From an uncultured Granulosicoccaceae bacterium (GTDB lineage: Bacteria > Pseudomonadota > Gammaproteobacteria > Granulosicoccales > Granulosicoccaceae): a stretch of 64,000 nucleotides of DNA. Both the position numbers and the translations under genes were made by a program. The stretch is taken from assembly GCA_964583825.1 (NCBI GenBank), contig CAZOXM010000009.1, positions 6,538 through 70,537 of the forward strand, read 5' to 3'. Shown here piece after piece: positions 47,699 through 56,220 of the stretch. The notes beneath the pieces were generated by a model that saw only the letters and a list, made by a program, of their open reading frames with translations, made no database searches and was not told the origin of the DNA. The stretch's first letter is position 1; the number at the start of each line of letters is the position of its first letter.

Positions 47699-48658
47699 TT
47701 ACCTGGGCGTCCGAAGGGCGCGGTCCGGGGCGCTTCGAATTTGTACAATTTCGGCCATAATGGCGATCGCTATTTCAGCAGCGCTGCGGCTGCCGATATC
47801 GAGACCCACAGGGCCGTGGAGTCTTGCGACAGCGTCTTTTTCCACGCCGATATCTATCAGCCGTTTTCTGCGGCGGTCGTTATTGGCTTTTGATCCAAGA
47901 GCGCCCACATAAAAGGCGTTGGACGGCAGTGCTTCGATCAACGCGGAGTCATCCAGATTCGGATCATGCGTCAGCGCCAGCACGATGCTGTGGTGATCGG
48001 TAGCGTACTCACTCACTGCATCTTCCGGGAGTGCTTCGGTGAGTGTGCTGTTATCGACGTTCCACGCGGCGGCAAATTCACGCCGCGGTTCACACACGAC
48101 GACTTCATAATCCAGTGCCTGCGCAAACTGAGCGACGAAACGCGATAGTTGGCCGCCACCGATTAACAACACACGCCAGCCGGGGCCGAATACCTTGCGA
48201 ATGGATTGTCCGTCGTAGTGAAATTCGGTGGTGCGATCCACTTCTTCAATTTTCGTTGTACCTGAGTTGAGCTGCAGTGTACGAGCGATACGCTTTCTGG
48301 CGTGAATTGCTTCAAGTACCGCCTTTAACTCGCTGGCCTGGGACAATGCTTCGAAAATCAACTCAATTTTACCGCCGCAGGGCAGGCCGAACTTGCGTGC
48401 TTCGTCGTCGCTGATCTCGTGTGCGAATGACTGAGCGCGGGCATCTTCATCGATACGTAATGCGAGTTGTTTTTCTATACAGCCACCGGAGACAGAACCA
48501 ATCAGTGTACCGTCGGCACGCACCGCAGCCAGCGATCCGGGCGGGCGCGGGGACGAACCGAAGGTCCTGGCAACGGTGATCAGTTCAACAGGGTGCCCGG
48601 CATCAAGCCATTGGATCGCCTGTTGCAGAACTTCAGTGTCGCTGTTGTCGATGCTCAT
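47699..48658 (-). CDS. XdhC/CoxF-family molybdo-enzyme maturation factor, about 319 aa (start uncertain)
   Basis: VLQQAIQWLDAGHPVELITVARTFGSSPRPPGSLAAVRADGTLIGSVSGGCIE (XdhC_CoxI) and the Rossmann-like LLIGGGQLSRFVAQFAQALDYEVVVCEPR. Upstream in-frame starts lie inside the inverted-repeat element. Confidence 0.8.
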   Translation of the reverse strand: MSIDNSDTEVLQQAIQWLDAGHPVELITVARTFGSSPRPPGSLAAVRADGTLIGSVSGGCIEKQLALRIDEDARAQSFAHEISDDEARKFGLPCGGKIELIFEALSQASELKAVLEAIHARKRIARTLQLNSGTTKIEEVDRTTEFHYDGQSIRKVFGPGWRVLLIGGGQLSRFVAQFAQALDYEVVVCEPRREFAAAWNVDNSTLTEALPEDAVSEYATDHHSIVLALTHDPNLDDSALIEALPSNAFYVGALGSKANNDRRRKRLIDIGVEKDAVARLHGPVGLDIGSRSAAEIAIAIMAEIVQIRSAPDRALRTPR

Positions 48659-48660
48659 AC

Positions 48661-48936
48661 TAGTGTAGTGTGACATACAAATGCTACGAATGAGTCGACT
48701 AATCAAAGTGCTTGTATTTGCTGGAGTTACTACGAACCGACGATAACAACTGCCGAACAAGTTACCAGAACACTTTAAAGAGCACTTTGATCAGCCGCCC
48801 CTGCGGGTGCTTGGATTTTGGTCCGCAACTGCGTTACAGCTCTTGAAAAGGGGGCGGCCATTCCCTGCGAGCTGCGCCTTGTTGCAAACCAAACTACAAG
48901 CTCTCATTCGTAGCCTTTGCACGTCACACTACACTA
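48661..48936. repeat. 276-bp non-coding element bounded by 34-bp terminal inverted repeats (MITE-like or large structured RNA)
   Basis: 48661-48694 tagtgtagtgtgacatacaaatgctacgaatgag is the reverse complement of 48903-48936 ctcattcgtagcctttgcacgtcacactacacta at 31/34 positions (hand aligned). There are further internal complementary pairs. Confidence 0.6.
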
Positions 48937-48971
48937 ACTTTCCGCAGTTGCGCTTTCGCTCGGCGCTGACA

Positions 48972-51900
48972 TCAGGACTCTTCCAGCAGCTTGCTGAGAA
49001 ACGGTGCGGTATGTGATGTTTTGGACTGCATGATTTTTTCAGGTGTTCCGCGTGCGATAACCCGTCCGCCGGCGTCGCCGCCTTCCGGGCCCATGTCCAG
49101 CATCCAGTCAGCGTTGGCCATCAGGTCGAGATTGTGCTCGATAACAACCACCGTGTTGCCGGATTCTACCAGCCGATGCAGTACATGGATGAGTTTTTCA
49201 ACGTCTGCCATGTGCAACCCCACAGTCGGCTCATCGAGAATATACAGCGTATGACTGAGCTTGCGTGCGCGCCTGTCGGAAGTGGGGCCGCCGGCCTTGC
49301 TCAGTTCGGTCACGAGCTTTATTCGTTGTGCCTCGCCGCCTGACAAGGTAGGGCTTTGCTGCCCGAGCGTCAGATAGCCGAGGCCCACATCTTTCAATAG
49401 CTGCAGCGGGTGATGTACATTTTTATGCGCAGCAAAGAAATCGACCGCTTCGTCAATACTCATCTGTAAGACATCGCCGATGGATTTTCCACGGTACAGC
49501 ACGCTTAACGTTTCTGTATTAAAACGCAGGCCGTTACACAGATCGCAGGGTACTTTTACATCCGGCAAAAAACTCATTTCAATTCTGGTCAGACCCTGGC
49601 CTTCGCACGAAGCACAGCGACCCTCGCTGACGTTGAACGAAAATCTGCTGGCGGTGTAACCACGTATTTTGGACTCTGTGGCCTCGGCAAAGATGCGTCT
49701 GATGTTATCCCAGAAACCGACATAGGTTGCCGGGCACGAGCGCGGTGTTTTACCGATTGGCGTTTGATCGACTTCCAGTATTCGGGTGATATTGTCAAAC
49801 CCGGTCAGCGATTCACACCCGATCAGCGCAGCTTTTTTACGGCCTTTACCCTGACTGAGTTGTTGCTGCAGATTGTGACCGAGAATAGATCTGACCAGCG
49901 TACTCTTGCCGCTACCCGACACCCCGGTGACACAGGTGAGTTTGCCCACCGGGATTTTTACATTGATGTTTTTTAGATTATTAATACGCGCCTTGCCGAT
50001 GCTGATCCATTCAGTCTTCGCACTTCTGCGTGGGTACAACGGATAGTTCATCGGTTTGGCGAGTGCCCGCCCGGTGACCGAGTTTTTATCCTTAATAAGC
50101 TGTTTCAGCGTGCCCGCTGCAACTACGATACCTCCGTTTACGCCTGCTCCCGGACCGAGGTCGATAACGTGGTCAGCTTGTCGGATGGTATCTTCATCGT
50201 GCTCTACCACCACTACGGTATTGCCATGCGCGCGTAGTTTGGCCAGCGTGCGAAGCAGCATCTGGTTATCCCGCGGGTGTAAGCCAATGGTCGGTTCATC
50301 CAGTATGTAGCACACGCCCTGCAGGTTCGAGCCGAGTTGCGAAGCCAGTCTGATGCGTTGTGCTTCACCACCGCTCAGGCTCGGGGCCGGTCTGTCGAGT
50401 GTTAGATAACTGAGCCCTACCTGATCGAGAAACTCCAGCCGTGAGCGGATTTCTTTGAGTATGTCGCGGGTTATCTCTGCCTCGCGTCCGCTTGTTTTGA
50501 TTTTTGCAAACCAGTTTTTTGCCTCATTGATCGACAGTCGGTTCAGGTCGGCAATGTTGTGGCTGGCATAGCGCACCGATAATGCCACCGGATTGAGTCG
50601 CTGCCCCGCACAATGCGGACAATCCTGTGATTCCTCATTCTCTTCCAGCCAGTGCGCCTCCTCTCCGGTCTGGGTCTCGTCGAACTCATGGGAAAGTACA
50701 CCGGTGCCATAGCAGCTCTCGCACCAGCCGTGCTTTGAATTGTACGAGAAGAGTCTGGGGTCCGGTTCCGGGAAGCTGGTGCCGCAGCTGTTGCAGGCAC
50801 GTTTGATTGAAAACAGTGTTTCCTTCGCATTGCGACTTTTGGCGGTGACAACTTTGATCACGCCTTTGCCGTAGTCCAGTGTTCGTTGAATCAGCTCATC
50901 AAGTTTTTCTTCACTTTTATTGTTTATTGCGATGGAGCCGACCGGTAAGTCGATGTTGTGTTCGTGGTAGCGATCGAGCCTCGGCCAGTTATCGGTTGGC
51001 AAATACTCACCATCGACCCGCAGTGTGTCAAACCCCCGGTTGCCGGCCCACTTCGCCAGATCGGTATAGTAACCTTTGCGGGACACAATCATCGGCGCCA
51101 GCAGTTCAATCGTTTTACCCTTGTATTGCCTGACGATCTGCGCCCGAATGCTCTCCGCAGTTTGCGCGGCAATGGCCGTATCGCAGTCGGGACAATGCTG
51201 TACCCCCAGTTTGACAAACAACAGGCGAATGAAGTGGTATAGCTCGGTCATGGTCGCCACGGTACTCTTGCGTCCGCCCCGGCTGGTGCGCTGTTCAATC
51301 GCAACGGTCGGTGGAATGCCGAAAATCGCATCGACATCCGGTTTGGCAGCGGGCTGTACGAACTGTCTTGCATAGGCGTTTAACGATTCCAGATAGCGGC
51401 GCTGTCCCTCGTTAAACAGAATATCAAACGCAAGTGTGCTCTTGCCGCTGCCACTCAAGCCGGTAATCACGGTGAATTTGTCATGCGGTACCCTTACATC
51501 AATTTGCTGCAGGTTGTGTTCGCGCGCATTGATCACACTGATTTCGTCGCTGCTGTAGACCGGCCCCGTCTCTTCGATCTGATCGTGCGAAACCCGACTG
51601 AATTCATCAACTGCTGCCAGGTAGTCTTTGAGCTCCCGCCCGGTATGCGTTTTGTTTTTAACGATTTGTTCTACCGTTCCGGTAAATACAATCTGTCCAC
51701 CGAGTGCTCCACCCTCGGGCCCGAGGTCGATGATCCAGTCTGCATTGCTGATTACATCGAGGTTGTGTTCAACCACGATAATGGAGTGACCGTCGTCAAG
51801 CAGTTGATCGAAAGCGGACAACAGCTTGGCGATGTCGTCAAAATGCAGACCGGTGGTTGGTTCATCGAAAATGAACAGTTTCTGCTCCCGCGCATTCTTT

Positions 51901-54479
51901 GATGCCTTGCGGGCCCGGGCCAGATGCGCGGCGAGTTTTAAGCGCTGTGCCTCGCCACCGCTTAGCGTCGGTACCGGTTGTCCAAGCGTCAGATAACCCA
52001 GTCCAACGGAAAGCAGTGGCTGCAGGGATTTTAAAATATCCTGACTCTCGCTGAAAAACTCCACTGCATCGTCAACCGTCATATCCAGTACATCGGCGAT
52101 GTTTACCGCCTGACCGGTGTGCGGATGAACCAGTTTGATTTCCAGTACTTCGTCGCGAAAGCGGCGGCCGTTGCAGGCGTGGCAGCGCAGATAGACATCG
52201 CTTAAAAACTGCATTTCCACATGCTCGAACCCGTTGCCCGAACAGGTCGGGCATCGCATCCCCGAATTAAAGCTGAAACTGCTGGCAGTGTAGCCGCGAT
52301 GTTTGGATTCCGGGTCGTTGGCGAATTGTTTTCTGATGCCATCGAATGCGCCGGTGTAGCTGACCGGGTTGGAACGTGCGGACTTTCCAATCGGGGTCTG
52401 ATCAACCATCACTACATCATCAATGACGCGATGTCCGCTCAGTGAGCGATGTTGCCCGGCAAGCTCGGTGGGCTTGCCGAGCTTGCGGCACAGGCCGCGG
52501 TACAGCGTATCTTCCACCAGTGTTGATTTTCCGGACCCGCTGACACCGGTGACACACACCAGTTGCTGCAGTGGAAACTCCACATCGACCGCTTTAAGGT
52601 TGTGTTCCGTGGCACCTTTTACGGCAATGACAGGTGCTTTGGTTTTCTTTTCGGTGGCCGCGCGCGATAACTTCTTTGCGCCATTGAGGTAGCTGGCGGT
52701 GAGCGATTTTTTTGCCCTGCCCAGTTGTTTGATCGAGCCGTAAAACACCATGTTGCCACCGTGACTGCCGGGCCCTGGACCCATGTCGATGACTCTGTCT
52801 GCGGCGAGAATCAGCTGTGGATCGTGTTCGACCACAATGAGTGTATTACCGGAGTCGCGCAGTCGGTGCAGCACACCGATAACCCGGTTGATATCTCGCG
52901 GGTGCAGACCGATGCTCGGCTCATCCAGCACAAACAGCGTATTGACCAGTGAGGTGCCCAGCGCGGTGGTGAGATTGATACGCTGCACCTCGCCGCCACT
53001 GAGGGTGCGCGACTGCCGGTCCAGAGTCAGGTAACCAAGTCCGACTTCCGATAAGTATCGCAACCGCGATCGGATTTCACCGAGCAATAACTCGGTGGCC
53101 TGATCGAGTGGTGCCGGGAGTTGCAGCTGATCAAAGAAGCGGGCGCAGGTATCCAGAGGCAACTGCATGACATCGTGAATCAGAAGCCCCGGTAGTTTTT
53201 GGAACTTTGTCTCGCTCAAACGGGTGCCATGCGGGTAGAAGCGCGGCTGTTGTCCGAGGGCAGCATCCGCTTGTGCACGGGTACCGAGCCGCCACCACAG
53301 CGCCTCGGGTTTCAGGCGTGCGCCATGGCAGGTAGTGCAGGGTGTGTAGGAGCGGTACTTTGATAAAAGCACCCGCACATGCATTTTATAGCTGCGTGAT
53401 TCCAGCCAGTCGAAAAACCGCTGCACGCCGTACCAGTGGTGCCCGTCCCATTCGCCCTCACCCTGCAGCACCCAGCGCTGATGTTTGCGACTGAGTTTTT
53501 TCCACGGCACATCAGTCGGTACGTTTCGTTTTTTTGCAAAGCGCAACAGGTCGCGCTGGCAGATCTCATTGGTTTTGGTCTGCCACGGTTTGATTGCGCC
53601 GGCGGCAAGACTCAGTGATTCGTTCGGTACGACCAGTTGATAGTCAATGCCCATGACGCGTCCGAAGCCACGACAATCCTCACACGCACCCATTGGAGAA
53701 TTAAACGAAAAGAGGCTTGGTACCGGTGATTTAAAAGCCTCGTTACAAGTCGCGCAGGCGAATTGCGCGGAATACACTTTGGCGCGACCCGGCTTGCGGT
53801 TTTCATCGAGCGGGTAGACGCGGGCGACGCCTTTGCCGTGCTTGAAAGCCGCCTCCAGCGCTTCGACCAGTCGCGCGCGATTATCAGTGGTAACGCGCGT
53901 TCGGTCCTGGATAATTTCAATATCCTGCCTGGTCTGACGATGTATTCGGGTGTAGCCCTGGCGTTGCAGCCAGTCCTGTACTTCATCGGCGGTGAAGTTG
54001 TCAGGTATCGCTATGGTAAACGTGACCATCACTCGCTTATCGCTCATGCTGTTCAGCAAACCGGTGGCGATGTGTTGCGGCGTTTCCCGGTGTACCGCCT
54101 TGCCGCAGCCGGGGCAGTAAAGCGAGGCCGCGCGCGCGTACAGCAGTTTTAAATGATCATTCAGCTCGGTCATTGTACCGACGGTTGAGCGTGAGGTGCG
54201 CACCGGGTTGGTCTGATCAATCGCGATGGCGGGGGGAATGCCTTCAATGCTATCCACCTGTGGCTTGTCCATGCGATCGAGAAACTGTCGTGCATACGGG
54301 CTGAAAGTCTCCACGTAGCGACGCTGTCCTTCAGCGTAAATGGTGTCGAACGCCAGTGACGATTTGCCCGAGCCGCTGACACCGGTGATCACCACCAGTT
54401 CGCCGTGTGGAATGTCAACGTCAAGTTCCTTCAGGTTGTTCTGGGTCGCGTTGCGCACGACTATTTGCTGTTTAGGCAT
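48972..54479 (-). CDS. Tandem-duplicated UvrA-family protein (two complete UvrA-like units, four ABC nucleotide-binding sites), 1835 aa
   Basis: Four Walker A sites (GVSGSGKSSLAF, GVSGSGKSTLVED, GLSGSGKSTLAF, GVSGSGKSTLVRS). Four LSGGE(A/V)QR signatures. UvrA hallmarks repeat twice (EGQRRY(V/L)E(T/S)...YARQF). Cys-rich zinc modules. ATG 54479 (MPKQQIVVRNATQNNLK) preferred. Confidence 0.85.
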   Translation of the reverse strand: MPKQQIVVRNATQNNLKELDVDIPHGELVVITGVSGSGKSSLAFDTIYAEGQRRYVETFSPYARQFLDRMDKPQVDSIEGIPPAIAIDQTNPVRTSRSTVGTMTELNDHLKLLYARAASLYCPGCGKAVHRETPQHIATGLLNSMSDKRVMVTFTIAIPDNFTADEVQDWLQRQGYTRIHRQTRQDIEIIQDRTRVTTDNRARLVEALEAAFKHGKGVARVYPLDENRKPGRAKVYSAQFACATCNEAFKSPVPSLFSFNSPMGACEDCRGFGRVMGIDYQLVVPNESLSLAAGAIKPWQTKTNEICQRDLLRFAKKRNVPTDVPWKKLSRKHQRWVLQGEGEWDGHHWYGVQRFFDWLESRSYKMHVRVLLSKYRSYTPCTTCHGARLKPEALWWRLGTRAQADAALGQQPRFYPHGTRLSETKFQKLPGLLIHDVMQLPLDTCARFFDQLQLPAPLDQATELLLGEIRSRLRYLSEVGLGYLTLDRQSRTLSGGEVQRINLTTALGTSLVNTLFVLDEPSIGLHPRDINRVIGVLHRLRDSGNTLIVVEHDPQLILAADRVIDMGPGPGSHGGNMVFYGSIKQLGRAKKSLTASYLNGAKKLSRAATEKKTKAPVIAVKGATEHNLKAVDVEFPLQQLVCVTGVSGSGKSTLVEDTLYRGLCRKLGKPTELAGQHRSLSGHRVIDDVVMVDQTPIGKSARSNPVSYTGAFDGIRKQFANDPESKHRGYTASSFSFNSGMRCPTCSGNGFEHVEMQFLSDVYLRCHACNGRRFRDEVLEIKLVHPHTGQAVNIADVLDMTVDDAVEFFSESQDILKSLQPLLSVGLGYLTLGQPVPTLSGGEAQRLKLAAHLARARKASKNAREQKLFIFDEPTTGLHFDDIAKLLSAFDQLLDDGHSIIVVEHNLDVISNADWIIDLGPEGGALGGQIVFTGTVEQIVKNKTHTGRELKDYLAAVDEFSRVSHDQIEETGPVYSSDEISVINAREHNLQQIDVRVPHDKFTVITGLSGSGKSTLAFDILFNEGQRRYLESLNAYARQFVQPAAKPDVDAIFGIPPTVAIEQRTSRGGRKSTVATMTELYHFIRLLFVKLGVQHCPDCDTAIAAQTAESIRAQIVRQYKGKTIELLAPMIVSRKGYYTDLAKWAGNRGFDTLRVDGEYLPTDNWPRLDRYHEHNIDLPVGSIAINNKSEEKLDELIQRTLDYGKGVIKVVTAKSRNAKETLFSIKRACNSCGTSFPEPDPRLFSYNSKHGWCESCYGTGVLSHEFDETQTGEEAHWLEENEESQDCPHCAGQRLNPVALSVRYASHNIADLNRLSINEAKNWFAKIKTSGREAEITRDILKEIRSRLEFLDQVGLSYLTLDRPAPSLSGGEAQRIRLASQLGSNLQGVCYILDEPTIGLHPRDNQMLLRTLAKLRAHGNTVVVVEHDEDTIRQADHVIDLGPGAGVNGGIVVAAGTLKQLIKDKNSVTGRALAKPMNYPLYPRRSAKTEWISIGKARINNLKNINVKIPVGKLTCVTGVSGSGKSTLVRSILGHNLQQQLSQGKGRKKAALIGCESLTGFDNITRILEVDQTPIGKTPRSCPATYVGFWDNIRRIFAEATESKIRGYTASRFSFNVSEGRCASCEGQGLTRIEMSFLPDVKVPCDLCNGLRFNTETLSVLYRGKSIGDVLQMSIDEAVDFFAAHKNVHHPLQLLKDVGLGYLTLGQQSPTLSGGEAQRIKLVTELSKAGGPTSDRRARKLSHTLYILDEPTVGLHMADVEKLIHVLHRLVESGNTVVVIEHNLDLMANADWMLDMGPEGGDAGGRVIARGTPEKIMQSKTSHTAPFLSKLLEES

Positions 54480-54572
54480 AAAATAAATTACCAACGGCAC
54501 ACGGGTGGTGCAGTATATTGTGACTCGGGTTTGGTGTCTCAACTTGTACGCTGCCAAAGGCGGCTCAGACTG

Positions 54573-55367
54573 GTGAAGAACTTGGCTATTCAACAAAAGG
54601 GGCCGCTTTCAGCACAGCGCCTGCAGGAATTTCAGTCCAGCGGTTACCTGATCGAGCGCGGCCTCGCCAATGCAGACATTGTCGAGGCAATGAACAGCAT
54701 TATTGCCGATACGGTCAACCCGGCACTGGCACCGGTGGAGTATGAAGCCGATGTGCATTACCCGGGGTCGCCGGCCAGCAAGGATGCCCCCGGCGGGCAG
54801 ACGCCGCGGCGGCTGTTAAATGCCTACGCCAGAGATGTGGTGTTTCGCGACTGGGCGCGTTCGCCGGCGGTGGTGCAGCGACTGGAACAAATGCTCGAAT
54901 GTCAGCAGGTAATGGTGTCGCAGAACCATCACAACTGCATCATGACCAAGCATCCCGGTTTCAGCAGCGTGACTTCCTGGCACCAGGATATGCGTTACTG
55001 GTCGTTTGATCAGTCGGAACTGGTCAGCGTATGGCTGGCGCTCGGGGACGAAACCCCCGAAAACGGCGGTTTAATGCTGATACCCGGGTCGCATACCCTG
55101 GATCTGCCACGCGGTCGTCTGGATGCCGCGTTGTTTTTGCGCACTGATATCGCAGAAAATCAAAAGCTGATCGACAAGGCGGTGCCGGCACAACTGAGTG
55201 CCGGAGACACCCTGTTCTTTCACTGTCGCACTTTTCACGCGGCGAGTCAGAACGAAACGAGTGCATTAAAGCGGTCGCTGGTTTACACCTATCACTGCGA
55301 AAACAACCGGGCTATTCCGGAAACCCGCTCGGCTAATCATGCCGACATCAGGGTCTCTGCGGGCTGA
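54573..55367 (+). CDS. Phytanoyl-CoA dioxygenase (PhyH)-family Fe(II)/2-oxoglutarate oxygenase, about 264 aa (start uncertain)
   Basis: LQEFQSSGYLIERGL N-terminus. WHQDMRYW (His-x-Asp) and FHCRTFHAASQN (distal His). The ORF-track start 54405 would overlap the divergent UvrA-like start. Confidence 0.75.
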   Translation: MKNLAIQQKGPLSAQRLQEFQSSGYLIERGLANADIVEAMNSIIADTVNPALAPVEYEADVHYPGSPASKDAPGGQTPRRLLNAYARDVVFRDWARSPAVVQRLEQMLECQQVMVSQNHHNCIMTKHPGFSSVTSWHQDMRYWSFDQSELVSVWLALGDETPENGGLMLIPGSHTLDLPRGRLDAALFLRTDIAENQKLIDKAVPAQLSAGDTLFFHCRTFHAASQNETSALKRSLVYTYHCENNRAIPETRSANHADIRVSAG

Positions 55368-55438
55368 GGCACAGGGGTGCCGATGGCACCGAATGTCGAT
55401 TGACCGTGTGCCGGGTTTCGAGCTATCTGCCGCTTTTG

Positions 55439-56101
55439 TTAACGCTCGATGGTCTCGATCGAACCGTCTGACTGGCCGAGTAACATGATGTCGGCCGGTC
55501 GGTGGGCAAACAATCCGCAGCTGACCACACCCGCGATCTGGTTGATCTGAGTTTCCAGTGTTGGCGGGTCGACTATATCCATGTTGTGCACATCGATAAT
55601 AATGTTGCCGTTGTCGGTGGTGTAGCGGTTGCGCAACTCGGGATCACCCCCCAGCTTGACGATCTCACGCGCGACATAACTGCGCGCCATCGGAATCACC
55701 TCTATTGGTAGTGCAAAGCGCCCGAGCACGTCCACTTTCTTGCTGGCATCGGCGATACACACAAACTTCATGCTGGCTGCGGCGACGATCTTTTCGCGGG
55801 TCAGTGCGCCGCCACCGCCTTTAATCAAATGTAGCTGCGTGTTGACTTCATCGGTGCCGTCCACGTACAGAGACAAGGTACCGGTCGCATTCAGATCACA
55901 AAGGTCGATGCCGGCTGTCTTTAGTCGTTCGGCGGTGGCCTGCGAACTTGCCACAGCGCCTTCGATGCGGATCTGGGACCGCACCAGTGCGTCGATAAAG
56001 TGGTTGGCCGTCGATCCGGTGCCAACGCCGATCACCGCGCCGTCCTCCACCCACCGAAGCGCTGCTTCGGCAACGGCTTTTTTCATTTGTTCTGCGGACA
56101 T
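55439..56101 (-). CDS. rpiA: Ribose-5-phosphate isomerase A
   Basis: [17 protein letters not shown]...DGTDEV...[16 protein letters not shown]. Confidence 0.95.
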   Translation of the reverse strand: MSAEQMKKAVAEAALRWVEDGAVIGVGTGSTANHFIDALVRSQIRIEGAVASSQATAERLKTAGIDLCDLNATGTLSLYVDGTDEVNTQLHLIKGGGGALTREKIVAAASMKFVCIADASKKVDVLGRFALPIEVIPMARSYVAREIVKLGGDPELRNRYTTDNGNIIIDVHNMDIVDPPTLETQINQIAGVVSCGLFAHRPADIMLLGQSDGSIETIER

Positions 56102-56220
56102 TCTGCGACTCGTGGCTGTTTCAGCCGTTTGCTCCGGCGGGGCTTTTATCCGGCCCGCATCCGGTTGTGAGTGGGTCTGTGTTTCGTTAGAGTGTCAGCC
56201 CCGCTGCACCTGCCGGACCG

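Noticed and set aside
48807-49016. 69-aa ORF inside and next to the inverted-repeat element
   Set aside because: It starts within the element, crosses the right arm and runs antisense into the UvrA-like 3' end. This is not a plausible transposase or gene.
54405-54572. Upstream extension of the PhyH-family ORF
   Set aside because: It overlaps the divergent UvrA-like start, and the sequence is not PhyH-like. An internal GTG/TTG start is more plausible, though still uncertain.
54480-54572. SOS (LexA) box upstream of the UvrA-like gene
   Set aside because: Only partial resemblance (gcagtatattgtgac). I could not find a CTGT-N8-ACAG palindrome by eye, so it is not claimed.
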